Shown piece by piece: positions 9,313-18,953 of a stretch of 44,521 nucleotides of DNA; the stretch's first letter is position 1, and each line of letters starts with the position of its first letter. A model generated the notes under the pieces. The model had not been told where the DNA came from. It made no database searches and saw only the letters and a program-made list of their open reading frames with translations. The stretch is from an uncultured Clostridium sp. (GTDB taxonomy: Bacteria > Bacillota > Clostridia > Clostridiales > Clostridiaceae), in NCBI GenBank assembly GCA_964474485.1, contig CAYYWN010000001.1, forward strand, positions 1-44,521, read 5' to 3'. The position numbers and the translations under genes were made by a program.

Positions 9313-9792
9313 ATGTCTAAGATTGAAAATGTAAATATTCTTGATATTAGAAATGTTAAAGAGGATTTAGCAAAAGAAATTTGTCAAATATGCAATATAG
9401 GATTCCTTATAGAAAGTGATGATTCACAGTTGCTACTTAAAGATTGTAAAAAAATAAATGTAGGCGCTAATTTAAAGGCACCAAAGGATATGGAAGTTGT
9501 AAACTATTCAGGAGAACTTGAAATAATCAAAGAGTATATGGAAGGTAAAATCACCATAAGAAATATGGGTAAATTAATATTTGAAGAGTATATAGATGCA
9601 TCTGAATTTGAGGAAAAAGTTTTATCCATAATTAATTATGGTCTTATTATAGCACCAAAAAAACTAATTGGGATTATAAATAGCAAATTAAAAGAAAACT
9701 ATGGAAAGGTTAAGTCTTTAGAAGAAGCTAATAAAAGTTCAAAAGAGCATGAAAAAATATTATATGCTAATTTGTCAGAATTAAAACTATAG
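9313..9792 (+). CDS. Hypothetical protein (159 aa) downstream of the ECF relic
   Basis: RBS GGGGG before ATG at 9313. The ORF-track extension to 9172 belongs to the sigma pseudogene. Confidence 0.65.
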   Translation: MSKIENVNILDIRNVKEDLAKEICQICNIGFLIESDDSQLLLKDCKKINVGANLKAPKDMEVVNYSGELEIIKEYMEGKITIRNMGKLIFEEYIDASEFEEKVLSIINYGLIIAPKKLIGIINSKLKENYGKVKSLEEANKSSKEHEKILYANLSELKL

Positions 9793-9795
9793 ATC

Positions 9796-9831
9796 TAAAA
9801 ATCCAGGGAAATTATAACCCCTGGATTTTTA
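9796..9831. terminator. Bidirectional terminator
   Basis: TAAAAATCCAGGG...CCCTGGATTTTTA, a 13-bp stem between convergent genes. Confidence 0.8.
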
Positions 9832-9974
9832 ATTTCCTCTCTCATATTTGCATTTTCTATTACTTCATTAAAATTTTCACTGAATTCTGATGCCATTTCT
9901 ATTTGAAATTCTATGTATTCTTTATGTTCAATTAAAAGGTCTAAAAATCTTAAGCTCCTTATATTTTTATGACT

Positions 9975-10886
9975 CTATATAGTATTCTTTCTTAGTTTAC
10001 CTAAATTAGTTCCTAATACACCTATTATAATAATCACCATACCTATTATGTGATAATAATAAAGTGTTTCACTTAAAAATATTACTCCTGCAAGTACAGT
10101 AACTAAGGTAGACAAATTATTAAATACACTCATTTTAGGAGCTGATATTATGGATAAAGCATAATTTGCTAGAAGTGATGTTACAACCGATGATAGAATA
10201 CCTAAATATAGAATTGACATTAAAAAATCTTGACTGATAAATGCTACAAAATATGTCTTTAGACTTCCCTTATAGAATCGATCTGATATAGATAAAAGAT
10301 TAAAACTTATAAATCCTATGAAAATCATCACATATGTTACATCAATAAATTTATATTTTTGAACTATCTTTTTTGCTAAAACATTATACATAGATGAACA
10401 AACTGCGGATAAAAAAATCAATATAATTCCAATAAAACTAGATGATTTAAAATTAATCCCTTTCATTATAAAAATATAAGCTACACCTCCTACCGATAAA
10501 AATACTGATATTTTCTCTAATAAAGTAGTTTTTTCTTTCACTACAAATATTGCCAGTATTAACGTCATAATTGGTATAGTTGCATGAATTATCCCAGCTT
10601 CTGATGAAGATATATATGACAATCCAAATGATTGAAATGTAAAAAATAATGCAGGATAAAATATTGAAAGTGGAAGTATTCTTTTCACATCATCCCAGCC
10701 TATATTTAATTTTATCCATCCCAATAGCACTGGAATAGACATAGTCACAAAGGACACTGTAAATCTATGAGCTAATATATTTAGTGGATCTGTGTAATTA
10801 AGAGAAATTTTCATAAATATAAATGAAAGCCCAACAATTAGAGCATTTGCAATTACCGATATATATGCCATTTTTGTCTTTTTCAT
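9975..10886 (-). CDS. DMT/EamA family transporter
   Basis: About ten hydrophobic segments in two EamA repeats; AHRF and SSSEAGII motifs. Confidence 0.9.
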   Translation of the reverse strand: MKKTKMAYISVIANALIVGLSFIFMKISLNYTDPLNILAHRFTVSFVTMSIPVLLGWIKLNIGWDDVKRILPLSIFYPALFFTFQSFGLSYISSSEAGIIHATIPIMTLILAIFVVKEKTTLLEKISVFLSVGGVAYIFIMKGINFKSSSFIGIILIFLSAVCSSMYNVLAKKIVQKYKFIDVTYVMIFIGFISFNLLSISDRFYKGSLKTYFVAFISQDFLMSILYLGILSSVVTSLLANYALSIISAPKMSVFNNLSTLVTVLAGVIFLSETLYYYHIIGMVIIIIGVLGTNLGKLRKNTI

Positions 10887-10967
10887 AAAAGTTTAACCCC
10901 CTTTTGTTAATTGTTTATATTTCTATTTAATCATCTTATGCCATATGTTACAATTAAAATAAATCAC

Positions 10968-10985
10968 AACTGTACCAGTTCAGTT
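10968..10985. promoter_or_regulatory. Candidate MocR operator
   Basis: Imperfect palindrome AACTGTAC-CA-GTTCAGTT between the divergent DMT and MocR genes. Confidence 0.5.
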
Positions 10986-11005
10986 TTCATATAGGAGGCT
11001 ATTAT

Positions 11006-12346
11006 ATGTATAAATATTTAGATGTTCTAAATAAAATTGAATATATGATTGAAAATGGAGAATTCAAGCAAGGTGAGAAAATTCTTTCCATTAGAAAATT
11101 CGCAGATCTTTTCAATTGCAATAAATGGACTATAATTCGTGCCCTAGAAGAATTAGAAAAAAAACATATTATATACTCAGTTCCACAAAGTGGATACTAT
11201 GTGGTACTTAAAAAAGATGTTTTAAATCAAAATCAGGTATGTACCATAGATTTCTCATCTTCAGCTCCAGATCCTAATGTATTTCCCTATGTTGACTTTC
11301 AACACTGTATTAACCAGTCAATCAACGCCTATAAAAATGAATTATTCATATATGGAACGCCAAAAGGATTACCATCTCTAGTATCTGTAATAAGAAAACA
11401 ACTTACACACTATCATATATTTGCAAATGATAGAAACATATTTATAACCTCTGGTGTTCAACAAGCATTATCTATTTTAACATTACTTCCATTCCCTAAT
11501 AATAAACATACTATTTTAATTGAACAACCTGGATACCATTTATTTATTGAACAGTTGCAGACTCAAAAGATTCCAACTGTAGGTATCAAAAGAGATTACT
11601 TTGGAATAGACCTTAAAGAGTTAGAACGTATCTTTAAAGAAATAGATATAAAGTTTTTTTATATAATGCCAAGATATCATAATCCTTTAGGCTCTTCTTT
11701 ATCGCAAAAAAATAAACAAGACATTTTAAAGCTAGCTGTTAAATATGATGTTTATATTGTTGAAGATGATTTTTTATCAGATTATGAAACTAATTCTAAA
11801 GCAGATCCAATTTATTCATATGATGACCAATATCGTGTGATCTATTTAAAGAGTTTTTCCAAGATTATTTTCCCTGGGCTTAGGATTGGAGTTGCTATTA
11901 TTCCCGATTCACTTAAAGAATCATTCAGCAAATACAAAGTATATTCTGATGTAGACACATCTATGATATCCCAAGCAGCCTTAGAACTTTATATAAAGAG
12001 TGGCATGTTTGAAAAACACAGAAAAAAAATGATAAATTCCTACTCTAAACGAGGAAAAAAACTCAATGATTCATTACGTAAATACTGTAGTATTAATAAT
12101 GGTACTATAATACATAACCATAATGAAAGTTTATGTATTCACACCTGTGTTGAACTTAGTTCTACCACAAATATTAAAAGCATTATAAAAAAATCAAGTA
12201 AGAAATCCATACTTATTTCAGATACATCTTCAAATTACTTGAAAGATTTTAATGATAAAAAAAACTATATTAAACTAAATACCTCCAATGTTCCATATGA
12301 ATGTATAGAGAATGGAATAAAAGATATTGTAGACATAATTATTTAA
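11006..12346 (+). CDS. MocR/GabR family regulator (GntR HTH plus PLP aminotransferase-like domain)
   Basis: N-terminal winged HTH (LSIRKFAD...SGYYV); HNPLG, IVEDD and SFSK (PLP lysine) motifs. Confidence 0.92.
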   Translation: MYKYLDVLNKIEYMIENGEFKQGEKILSIRKFADLFNCNKWTIIRALEELEKKHIIYSVPQSGYYVVLKKDVLNQNQVCTIDFSSSAPDPNVFPYVDFQHCINQSINAYKNELFIYGTPKGLPSLVSVIRKQLTHYHIFANDRNIFITSGVQQALSILTLLPFPNNKHTILIEQPGYHLFIEQLQTQKIPTVGIKRDYFGIDLKELERIFKEIDIKFFYIMPRYHNPLGSSLSQKNKQDILKLAVKYDVYIVEDDFLSDYETNSKADPIYSYDDQYRVIYLKSFSKIIFPGLRIGVAIIPDSLKESFSKYKVYSDVDTSMISQAALELYIKSGMFEKHRKKMINSYSKRGKKLNDSLRKYCSINNGTIIHNHNESLCIHTCVELSSTTNIKSIIKKSSKKSILISDTSSNYLKDFNDKKNYIKLNTSNVPYECIENGIKDIVDIII

Positions 12347-12551
12347 TGCTTATTGTTTTCTAATTTAAGCAATAAATTTATCTCATTGTACCCTGTTACA
12401 AATCTAAATACAGCATTTTTTATACTGATAATAACCTTATAGCTTTGTATAAAGAATTGGCATAAGACTCTTTATGTATAGGGTACGCAACTAATACCCC
12501 CATTATATCAATGAGGATATCAGTATTACTTTTCTATATATGATTAAATAT

Positions 12552-13145
12552 TTACTTACTTCTAAAACCCTCAAGGAATACTTTCACAAGCTTTTCTGTT
12601 TCCTCTGGCAAGGAGTAGCTCCCCTCATAAAAACACCAGTCAAAAACCATTCCCCTCCCTATACGCATGCAATCCCAGGATAACTTAGTAGCATCCGTTG
12701 TAGGTAAAAATTCACCTGAAGACACCCCTTTTTCAATTGCCTTTCTAATAGCATCATAAGGATAGCGTGTTGCTTCTATTAAATATTTTGAAGGAGAGGT
12801 AATACTATGCTTAAATATATCTGCCATAAACTTATATCCAAGATCCTCCATTGACTTCATAGCCATCTGAAAGATTTTAAGAATTTTATCATAACTGCTA
12901 TCATATTGGATTGCCTCTACACTCTCTTCAACTAATAAGTCTATTTTCATATAAGCGTTCTCAATTATCTTTTCTTTTGACTGAAAGTAATGATAAAAAG
13001 CTCCAGTTGAAATATTAGCGCCTTCACAAATATCTGTAATTTTAACAGAATCAAAACCATGAATCTTAATTAATTCCATAGCTTTTTCAGTAATTTTCAA
13101 TTTTGTAACCATAGCCTGCTTTTGTCTACTTGTTAATTGTTTCAT
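12552..13145 (-). CDS. TetR/AcrR family regulator
   Basis: HGFDSVKITDICEGANISTGAFYHYFQSK. Confidence 0.93.
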   Translation of the reverse strand: MKQLTSRQKQAMVTKLKITEKAMELIKIHGFDSVKITDICEGANISTGAFYHYFQSKEKIIENAYMKIDLLVEESVEAIQYDSSYDKILKIFQMAMKSMEDLGYKFMADIFKHSITSPSKYLIEATRYPYDAIRKAIEKGVSSGEFLPTTDATKLSWDCMRIGRGMVFDWCFYEGSYSLPEETEKLVKVFLEGFRSK

Positions 13146-13307
13146 TTCTCAATTAGTCTCCTTTCAACTTTATTATAACATCATATTTTTATTAAATAAA
13201 AGTAATATCTTTTAAATTATTGCCTTTTAAAGCTCAATTGTTCTTTTATACATCATTTAACCATATATTTTGATAATATAGAATATTTAATGTTGTTTGT
13301 TAAATCG

Positions 13308-13336
13308 TTGACAATCCATGTATAAAGTGGTACTCT
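13308..13336 (+). promoter_or_regulatory. Sigma-A promoter of the four-gene oxidoreductase operon
   Basis: TTGACA-N17-TACTCT with extended -10 TG. Confidence 0.65.
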
Positions 13337-13341
13337 TTAAT

Positions 13342-13370
13342 CAGAACCAGATTCGGTGAAATTAGTTCTG
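13342..13370. promoter_or_regulatory. Candidate TetR operator
   Basis: CAGAACCAGATTC-ggt-GAAATTAGTTCTG, 10 of 13 arm positions complementary, overlapping the predicted transcription start. Confidence 0.55.
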
Positions 13371-13427
13371 TGTAAATGTTTAATAGTCTTGCATAAACAG
13401 AATTATATATTAAAGGGGGTACAATAA

Positions 13428-14954
13428 ATGCATTATGATGTAATTGTTATTGGTGCTGGTAACGGTGGTCTGTCTTCCGCTACAAAACTTGCACTAAATG
13501 GAAAGAAAGTTCTTGTTTTAGAAAAACACAACATTCCAGGTGGATGTGGCACAAGTTTTAGACGTGGTCGTTTTGAATTCGAGGTGGCATTACACCAACT
13601 AAGTTCAATGGGTAATCCAGAAGATCCTGGACCACTACGCAAACTTTTCACTGAATATGGTATTGAAGATAAAATAGATTGGGTTCCCATAGAATCTTTA
13701 TACAAAATCAATCTTCCAGGTGGGTTTGAACAGTCCTTACCTGCAGATCGGGAAGAAGCTGAACAAGTCCTTTGTAAACGTTTCCCCAAAGAAAAAGAAA
13801 ATATATTAAATTATTTTAAAACCATTTTTGCATTTAGTGATGAAACAGAACAGTTTATAGCAATGCAAGGTAAATCTTCTGGAGAGCCTGGAGCTTTAAA
13901 AAAATTTATTACAAAAAGTTTTTTTAGAAAAAAGTTCCCGACCCTTGCAAAATACGGCCTACGTAGCTCACAAGATGTACTAGATGAATTCTTCCAAAGC
14001 AAAGAGTTACAGTTATGCTTAAATGCATATTGGTGTTTCATGGGCATGCCACCAAGTAGATTCCCATTTTCTATTTTAGCTCGCTGTACAACTATTTATA
14101 TTTCAGATAAACCTTACTATTTACGTGGAGGTTCACAGGTAATTTCTCAAGCTTTAGCAGATGTTATTCGTAACAATGGTGGAGTTATCAAATACAATTG
14201 TGGTGCAAACCAAATTGTTATAAAAGATGGGGCTGCTGTTGGTGTAATTGATGATGATAACAATGAATACACCTCTGATACAGTTATTTCAGGTATTTCA
14301 CCTATTGATACCTATTTTAAATTAATGAAACCTGAAGATTGTCCTGTTAGCGCAAAGGAATATTTAAGTAGTTACACCGTCGGTATTTCAGCTCTTACCT
14401 GCTTTATTGGTTTGGATTGTTCACCTTCGGAAATTGGTTTTACAGATTCATTTAACTTAATTTATGCTAATACAGATTGTAATGAAGCCTTCCAAAATTC
14501 TTATAAGCTTATGCCAGATAAGGATCCGCTTATTACTACTTGTTATACAATAGACGATCCAAGCCTTAGCCCAGCTGGTACAAGTATTATTACAGCAGGC
14601 GCACTAAAATACGGTAAATCCTGGATGGAGCTTTCTTCAGATGAATATTACGAAACAAAATATAAGGCTGCTAATATTATTATTGATCGTTTAGAAGAAA
14701 AGTTTCCTGGTATCCGATCTCATATTGAAGAAATTGAAGTTGCAACGCCTTTGACACATATGCGTTATCTTCATCACCCAGAAGGAGCTATTTATGGTTT
14801 TGAACAGGATTTAAAATCTTCAGTTTATTTCTTTCCACGAGATAATCAAGTTGAAAATTTAACTTTTTCAAATGGTTGGGTGAATATTTGTGGCTTTGGT
14901 CCGAATTATATGTATGGTAATACTGTTGCAGATGAAATTTTAAGTGAGGTGTAA
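13428..14954 (+). CDS. FAD-dependent oxidoreductase, phytoene desaturase/retinol saturase-like family
   Basis: GAGNGG Rossmann fold, LEKHNIPGGCGTSFRRGRFEFEVALHQL, RGGSQ, EVATPLT and GAIYG motifs. Confidence 0.85.
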   Translation: MHYDVIVIGAGNGGLSSATKLALNGKKVLVLEKHNIPGGCGTSFRRGRFEFEVALHQLSSMGNPEDPGPLRKLFTEYGIEDKIDWVPIESLYKINLPGGFEQSLPADREEAEQVLCKRFPKEKENILNYFKTIFAFSDETEQFIAMQGKSSGEPGALKKFITKSFFRKKFPTLAKYGLRSSQDVLDEFFQSKELQLCLNAYWCFMGMPPSRFPFSILARCTTIYISDKPYYLRGGSQVISQALADVIRNNGGVIKYNCGANQIVIKDGAAVGVIDDDNNEYTSDTVISGISPIDTYFKLMKPEDCPVSAKEYLSSYTVGISALTCFIGLDCSPSEIGFTDSFNLIYANTDCNEAFQNSYKLMPDKDPLITTCYTIDDPSLSPAGTSIITAGALKYGKSWMELSSDEYYETKYKAANIIIDRLEEKFPGIRSHIEEIEVATPLTHMRYLHHPEGAIYGFEQDLKSSVYFFPRDNQVENLTFSNGWVNICGFGPNYMYGNTVADEILSEV

Positions 14955-14959
14955 GTAAG

Positions 14960-16126
14960 ATGAGTAATATGAAAGAGCTAATTATAAGACAAATGGCTAA
15001 TGGTGCTGAAACACTTATGGATATTGAAATAAGTAAAAAAAACGGAAAAGATTATCGACTTGAAAAAGGTCGTGGAGACAAAATCGTTAGTAGACTTCAT
15101 ACAGATAATCTTAAGCTAGTTGTCTCTGAGATCATTGAAATTAATAAGGATGCAAAAACCTTTCGTTTAGTATCAAAACAAGGATTATTGCCTGTATTTC
15201 AAAGTGGTCAGTATATAAATATCTTTGTAGAAATTGATGGCATTCTAACCAGTCGTCCTTACAGTATTTGTTCTTCTAATAGGCAGCATGCTTATTATGA
15301 GATTACAGTTGCTCGCATTGCTTCTGGTTTTGTATCAGATTATTTTATAGATAAGGTAAAGCTTGGAGATGAATTTACTGCTAATGGTCCCGCTGGAGCC
15401 TTCCACTACAACCCCGTGTTCCACAGCAATAAGTCAGTCTTTATAGCTGGTGGAAGTGGAATTACTCCCTTTATGAGTATGTCTCGTGAGGTTCTAAATG
15501 CAGGACTAGACAGAGAAATCCATTTGATTTATGGTTGCCGTAATGAAGAGGTAGTATTATTTAAAGATGAACTACTTAATATGGCTAATAGGCACAGTAA
15601 CTTCACTTTTTCACTAGTGCTTTCAGAACCTTCTAAAGAGTACTCAGGACCTACTGGATTTATTGATGATGCCTGTATTAAAAAATTAGTAGGAAATGTA
15701 CAAGATTCTACCTACTATATTTGTGGTCCTCAAATAATGAATGATTTTGTTTCCAATGCACTTTTGAGCCTAGATATAAAACCAAGAATGATTCGTAGAG
15801 AAATGTTCGGTAGTCGTCAAGACATTCAAAATGAGCCGGCTTGGCCTACTGAATTAACAGGTAAAGAAGCCTTTACTGTTACCATAAATAAAGGCAAAAA
15901 GATACCTGCTCTTTCAGGAGAATCCTTATTAACAGCTCTAGAACGTTCTGGTGTGCGTGTTAATGTATGCTGCCGTAGTGGTGAATGTAGCTTATGCAGA
16001 TTACAATTAGTATCCGGAAAAGTATTTATGCCACGAGGTGTTTTACTAAGACATGCCGATGAAAAGTTTGGATATATACATTCTTGCAAGTCATATCCTA
16101 TATCTGATTTAGAAATTCAAATATAA
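14960..16126 (+). CDS. FAD/NAD(P)-binding reductase with C-terminal [2Fe-2S] ferredoxin (PaaE/KshB/Hcr-type architecture)
   Basis: GQY, RPYSI, AGGSGITPF and YICGP motifs; CCRSGECSLC...C cluster ligands. Confidence 0.9.
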   Translation: MSNMKELIIRQMANGAETLMDIEISKKNGKDYRLEKGRGDKIVSRLHTDNLKLVVSEIIEINKDAKTFRLVSKQGLLPVFQSGQYINIFVEIDGILTSRPYSICSSNRQHAYYEITVARIASGFVSDYFIDKVKLGDEFTANGPAGAFHYNPVFHSNKSVFIAGGSGITPFMSMSREVLNAGLDREIHLIYGCRNEEVVLFKDELLNMANRHSNFTFSLVLSEPSKEYSGPTGFIDDACIKKLVGNVQDSTYYICGPQIMNDFVSNALLSLDIKPRMIRREMFGSRQDIQNEPAWPTELTGKEAFTVTINKGKKIPALSGESLLTALERSGVRVNVCCRSGECSLCRLQLVSGKVFMPRGVLLRHADEKFGYIHSCKSYPISDLEIQI

Positions 16127-16148
16127 AAAAGTTAGGGAGGATTTAACA

Positions 16149-16931
16149 GTGAATGAATTAACTAATAAACCTTGGTTTAAAAGTATAAACCCTTTTGTTT
16201 TACTTGTTTTGCTCACTGCCTTAATGACAGCTTTGTCAGTCCTTACATCCTATCAACCAATATGGGCCAATGTGCCCATTAACATTATTATGCCTATTGT
16301 GGTTTTATTAAAGTTAAAGCCTGTATTCTTTGAAAGGCTAAAATTATCAACATTATTATTAATGCGTATATTGATTGTTTTTTCAGTTTTAAACATTTTT
16401 CCTGGAGATTTGTATGTGAAAATTGTATTGATCTTCTTATGTATTAATATCCTAGAAGCAACCTTAACGGATCTTAAACGGAAAAAATACTGTAATGTGA
16501 TTACAGGAATAGCACTTATAGCAAGCATTTTCTTTATTAACATTGAATGGCTAGATTATTACTATTTAGCAAGCTCTAAAGGCTCCATTGGAATGATTTT
16601 TTGGATTATTGCTTATACCATTTGGAACTGGATCTTTGTCACCAATGAGTTTAGCCCATCTATTGCTAAGTTTCATCTAGGGGTATTAGCATCACCCTTA
16701 TTATGTATTATATTCAATTTTAATCCTGCACTTTGGTTAATCATTAGAGGTAACTCATTAACTATTGCAGGTATAATTCAAATCTCAAACAAAGAGTATC
16801 TTGAAGAGAAATTTATTAGTGAAAACTTCTCTAAATTTGTTCAGACTACAACTAAAAAAAATACGCAAATTATTTTAATGCTAATTAATCTTGCACTATT
16901 ATCAGGTATGGTTATAATTTCATTATCCTAA
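16149..16931 (+). CDS. Integral membrane protein, divergent DUF5692-like
   Basis: GTG start with RBS AGGGAGG; multiple TM segments; INILEA and WIIAYTIWNW resemble motifs in the next gene. Confidence 0.7.
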   Translation: MNELTNKPWFKSINPFVLLVLLTALMTALSVLTSYQPIWANVPINIIMPIVVLLKLKPVFFERLKLSTLLLMRILIVFSVLNIFPGDLYVKIVLIFLCINILEATLTDLKRKKYCNVITGIALIASIFFINIEWLDYYYLASSKGSIGMIFWIIAYTIWNWIFVTNEFSPSIAKFHLGVLASPLLCIIFNFNPALWLIIRGNSLTIAGIIQISNKEYLEEKFISENFSKFVQTTTKKNTQIILMLINLALLSGMVIISLS

Positions 16932-16953
16932 ATTTATATAAGGGGGACTTGTT

Positions 16954-17871
16954 ATGTTTTTATTTGATAAAATTCCATTACATTGTGCACTAATGGCACT
17001 TATATTATTAGCTATATTAATTTTAGTCAATGAAGTAACAAGAAAAAATAAATGGTTTGCTATATCTGTATATATTATCATGCCTATTATATTAACCTTT
17101 TCTGTGTGGCCTAAGACAGCAGGCGCTGGCACTTCAGTTGGGTATTGGTTTCCTTGGGTTAAGGTTTACTCTTCACTTGCAGGGGTTATAGGCTTTATGG
17201 CTTTACGATATGTGAAAGGCTTAGATAAAAATAAACTTATGTTAATGTTTCCGCCTTTCATTTTGTCATTGAATATTTTAGAGGCTGTATATCGTGACTT
17301 TCAATGTTTCAGTATTCAAGGTGTTGAAAATGGTCTACTTATGATTGGTGGTCCTTGGAATATCATTAATGGTATTGCAGGTATTTTAAGTATAATTACG
17401 CTTACAGGTTGGTCTGCAATTTTCATTTCAAAAAACAAAAGCAAAGATATGATTTGGCCTGATCAACTATGGTTTTGGATCATTGCATATGATTTATGGA
17501 ATTTCTCCTATATTTATAACTGTATTTCAGATCGCTCATTTTATGCAGGCTTTATTCTACTTTTATCCTGTACACTTCCTGCCTTTTTTATAAAAAAAGG
17601 CGCGTGGCTGCAACATCGTGCTCAAACCTTGGCATTGTATGCAATGTTTTCCCTTACAGTTCCAACTTTTGCTGATTCATCCATGTTTGCAGTGAAATCT
17701 TCACACAATAAAAATGCTTTATTGTTTATTAGTCTTTTATCTTTAGCAGCAAATGCATCAGTTTTAATTTATGAAATTAAACGTATAAAACAATATAAGC
17801 TAAATCCATTAAAGGATGACATATATTTTGATTTAAAAGCATATAAAGATGTTGTTTCTGAAAATAAATAA
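16954..17871 (+). CDS. Integral membrane protein, DUF5692-like
   Basis: WFPWVKVYS, LNILEA, GGPWN, WPDQLWFWIIAYDLWN and GAWLQHRAQTL; family recalled from memory. Confidence 0.75.
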   Translation: MFLFDKIPLHCALMALILLAILILVNEVTRKNKWFAISVYIIMPIILTFSVWPKTAGAGTSVGYWFPWVKVYSSLAGVIGFMALRYVKGLDKNKLMLMFPPFILSLNILEAVYRDFQCFSIQGVENGLLMIGGPWNIINGIAGILSIITLTGWSAIFISKNKSKDMIWPDQLWFWIIAYDLWNFSYIYNCISDRSFYAGFILLLSCTLPAFFIKKGAWLQHRAQTLALYAMFSLTVPTFADSSMFAVKSSHNKNALLFISLLSLAANASVLIYEIKRIKQYKLNPLKDDIYFDLKAYKDVVSENK

Positions 17872-17892
17872 TTTTTTAAAAATCTTTTTAGA

Positions 17893-17938
17893 GGACAGAG
17901 GACTTTGTTTATATATTTAAAAACAAAGTCCTCTGTCC
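17893..17938. terminator. Perfect 18-bp hairpin between convergent genes
   Basis: GGACAGAGGACTTTGTTT-N10-AAACAAAGTCCTCTGTCC. Confidence 0.7.
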
Positions 17939-17970
17939 CTTAGATCTATCTGAATATCTCAAACACAAAA

Positions 17971-18828
17971 CTATTTTTCAAAGGTGTAATACATTTCATA
18001 TTGAGAAACTTTGTCTCTTTCAAAGCCAATATGTTTTAAAAATCCTTCTACCCTAGCATTATTAGGAAATCCTGCACTTAACTTAGATAAATTTAACTCT
18101 TCAGCTGCCTTTACTAATAACTTAGTGGCTACACCTTTATGTCTTAAAGAGCTCTCTACCCATATATAGCTTACCTTAGAAGATTTATTTACGCTTACTG
18201 ATCCTACTAACTTATTATTTATATATGCACCTAAATTTAACTGATCTTTTGACTTTTCTATATATTCCATATCCCCTTGCCAATTTAAATGAACATCCTT
18301 GATTTCCTCTTTTGACTTTCTAAGCTCTACTATATCAATAATTTTAACTTCTAAAGTCAAAGCATCTTTTTCTTTAAGCTTAGTAATATCATTTAGTGAA
18401 AAGTATACTAAATCATAAATCTTATCATAATTTAGCTTATTATAAAAATTTATAGCCCTGTCATTGCCTACTATAACTTCTAGAAATAACTGCTTACACC
18501 CTTTATTAATTCCCTCTTCTTTATGAAGCTCCATTAATCTTTTACTTACACCCCTGCCCCTATACTGAGGGTCCACAGCTAAAGCTCCACACCTAATAGT
18601 TTTTATGCCATCATATTCTTTAATTCCACTAAGCACAACGCCTACTGGTTTTTTATCATTTAATGCCATAAAAGAACTTTCTAAAATATTTCCTTCAGGT
18701 CCAAAAAACTTTTTCACAAAAAAATCCTGTGTCATATCAAACTTTATAATATAATCTGAAAATCCAATATTAAAAGCATTAAATACTAAGTCCATATCTA
18801 CTTCATTGCATCTTTTATAGGTTATCAT
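17971..18828 (-). CDS. Tandem GNAT N-acetyltransferase
   Basis: VDPQYRGRGVS and LRHKGVA acetyl-CoA motifs; start moved to MITYK after RBS AGGGGA. Confidence 0.85.
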   Translation of the reverse strand: MITYKRCNEVDMDLVFNAFNIGFSDYIIKFDMTQDFFVKKFFGPEGNILESSFMALNDKKPVGVVLSGIKEYDGIKTIRCGALAVDPQYRGRGVSKRLMELHKEEGINKGCKQLFLEVIVGNDRAINFYNKLNYDKIYDLVYFSLNDITKLKEKDALTLEVKIIDIVELRKSKEEIKDVHLNWQGDMEYIEKSKDQLNLGAYINNKLVGSVSVNKSSKVSYIWVESSLRHKGVATKLLVKAAEELNLSKLSAGFPNNARVEGFLKHIGFERDKVSQYEMYYTFEK

Positions 18829-18953
18829 TTCACATTGTCCCCTTTGAAATTTTATTGTCTGCATTTTCTTATTAATCTCTTTATACAAATTATTGCAATA
18901 TATTAATTCTATTTTTTATTCATATACATTTGTAGTAATTCTTGATTAATTAC

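Noticed and set aside
9830-9970. Open minus-strand stretch (LRFLDLLIEHKEYIEFQ...)
   Set aside because: Possibly a gene tail, but no start or recognisable family.
12386-12402. TTGTA-N6-TACAA as a second MocR site
   Set aside because: Weak similarity and no adjacent target gene.
13428-14954. Carotenoid biosynthesis call for the CrtI-like gene
   Set aside because: No phytoene synthase or prenyltransferase in the operon; family membership does not establish the function.
13433-17132. Small minus-strand ORFs within the oxidoreductase operon
   Set aside because: Antisense shadows of well-supported genes.
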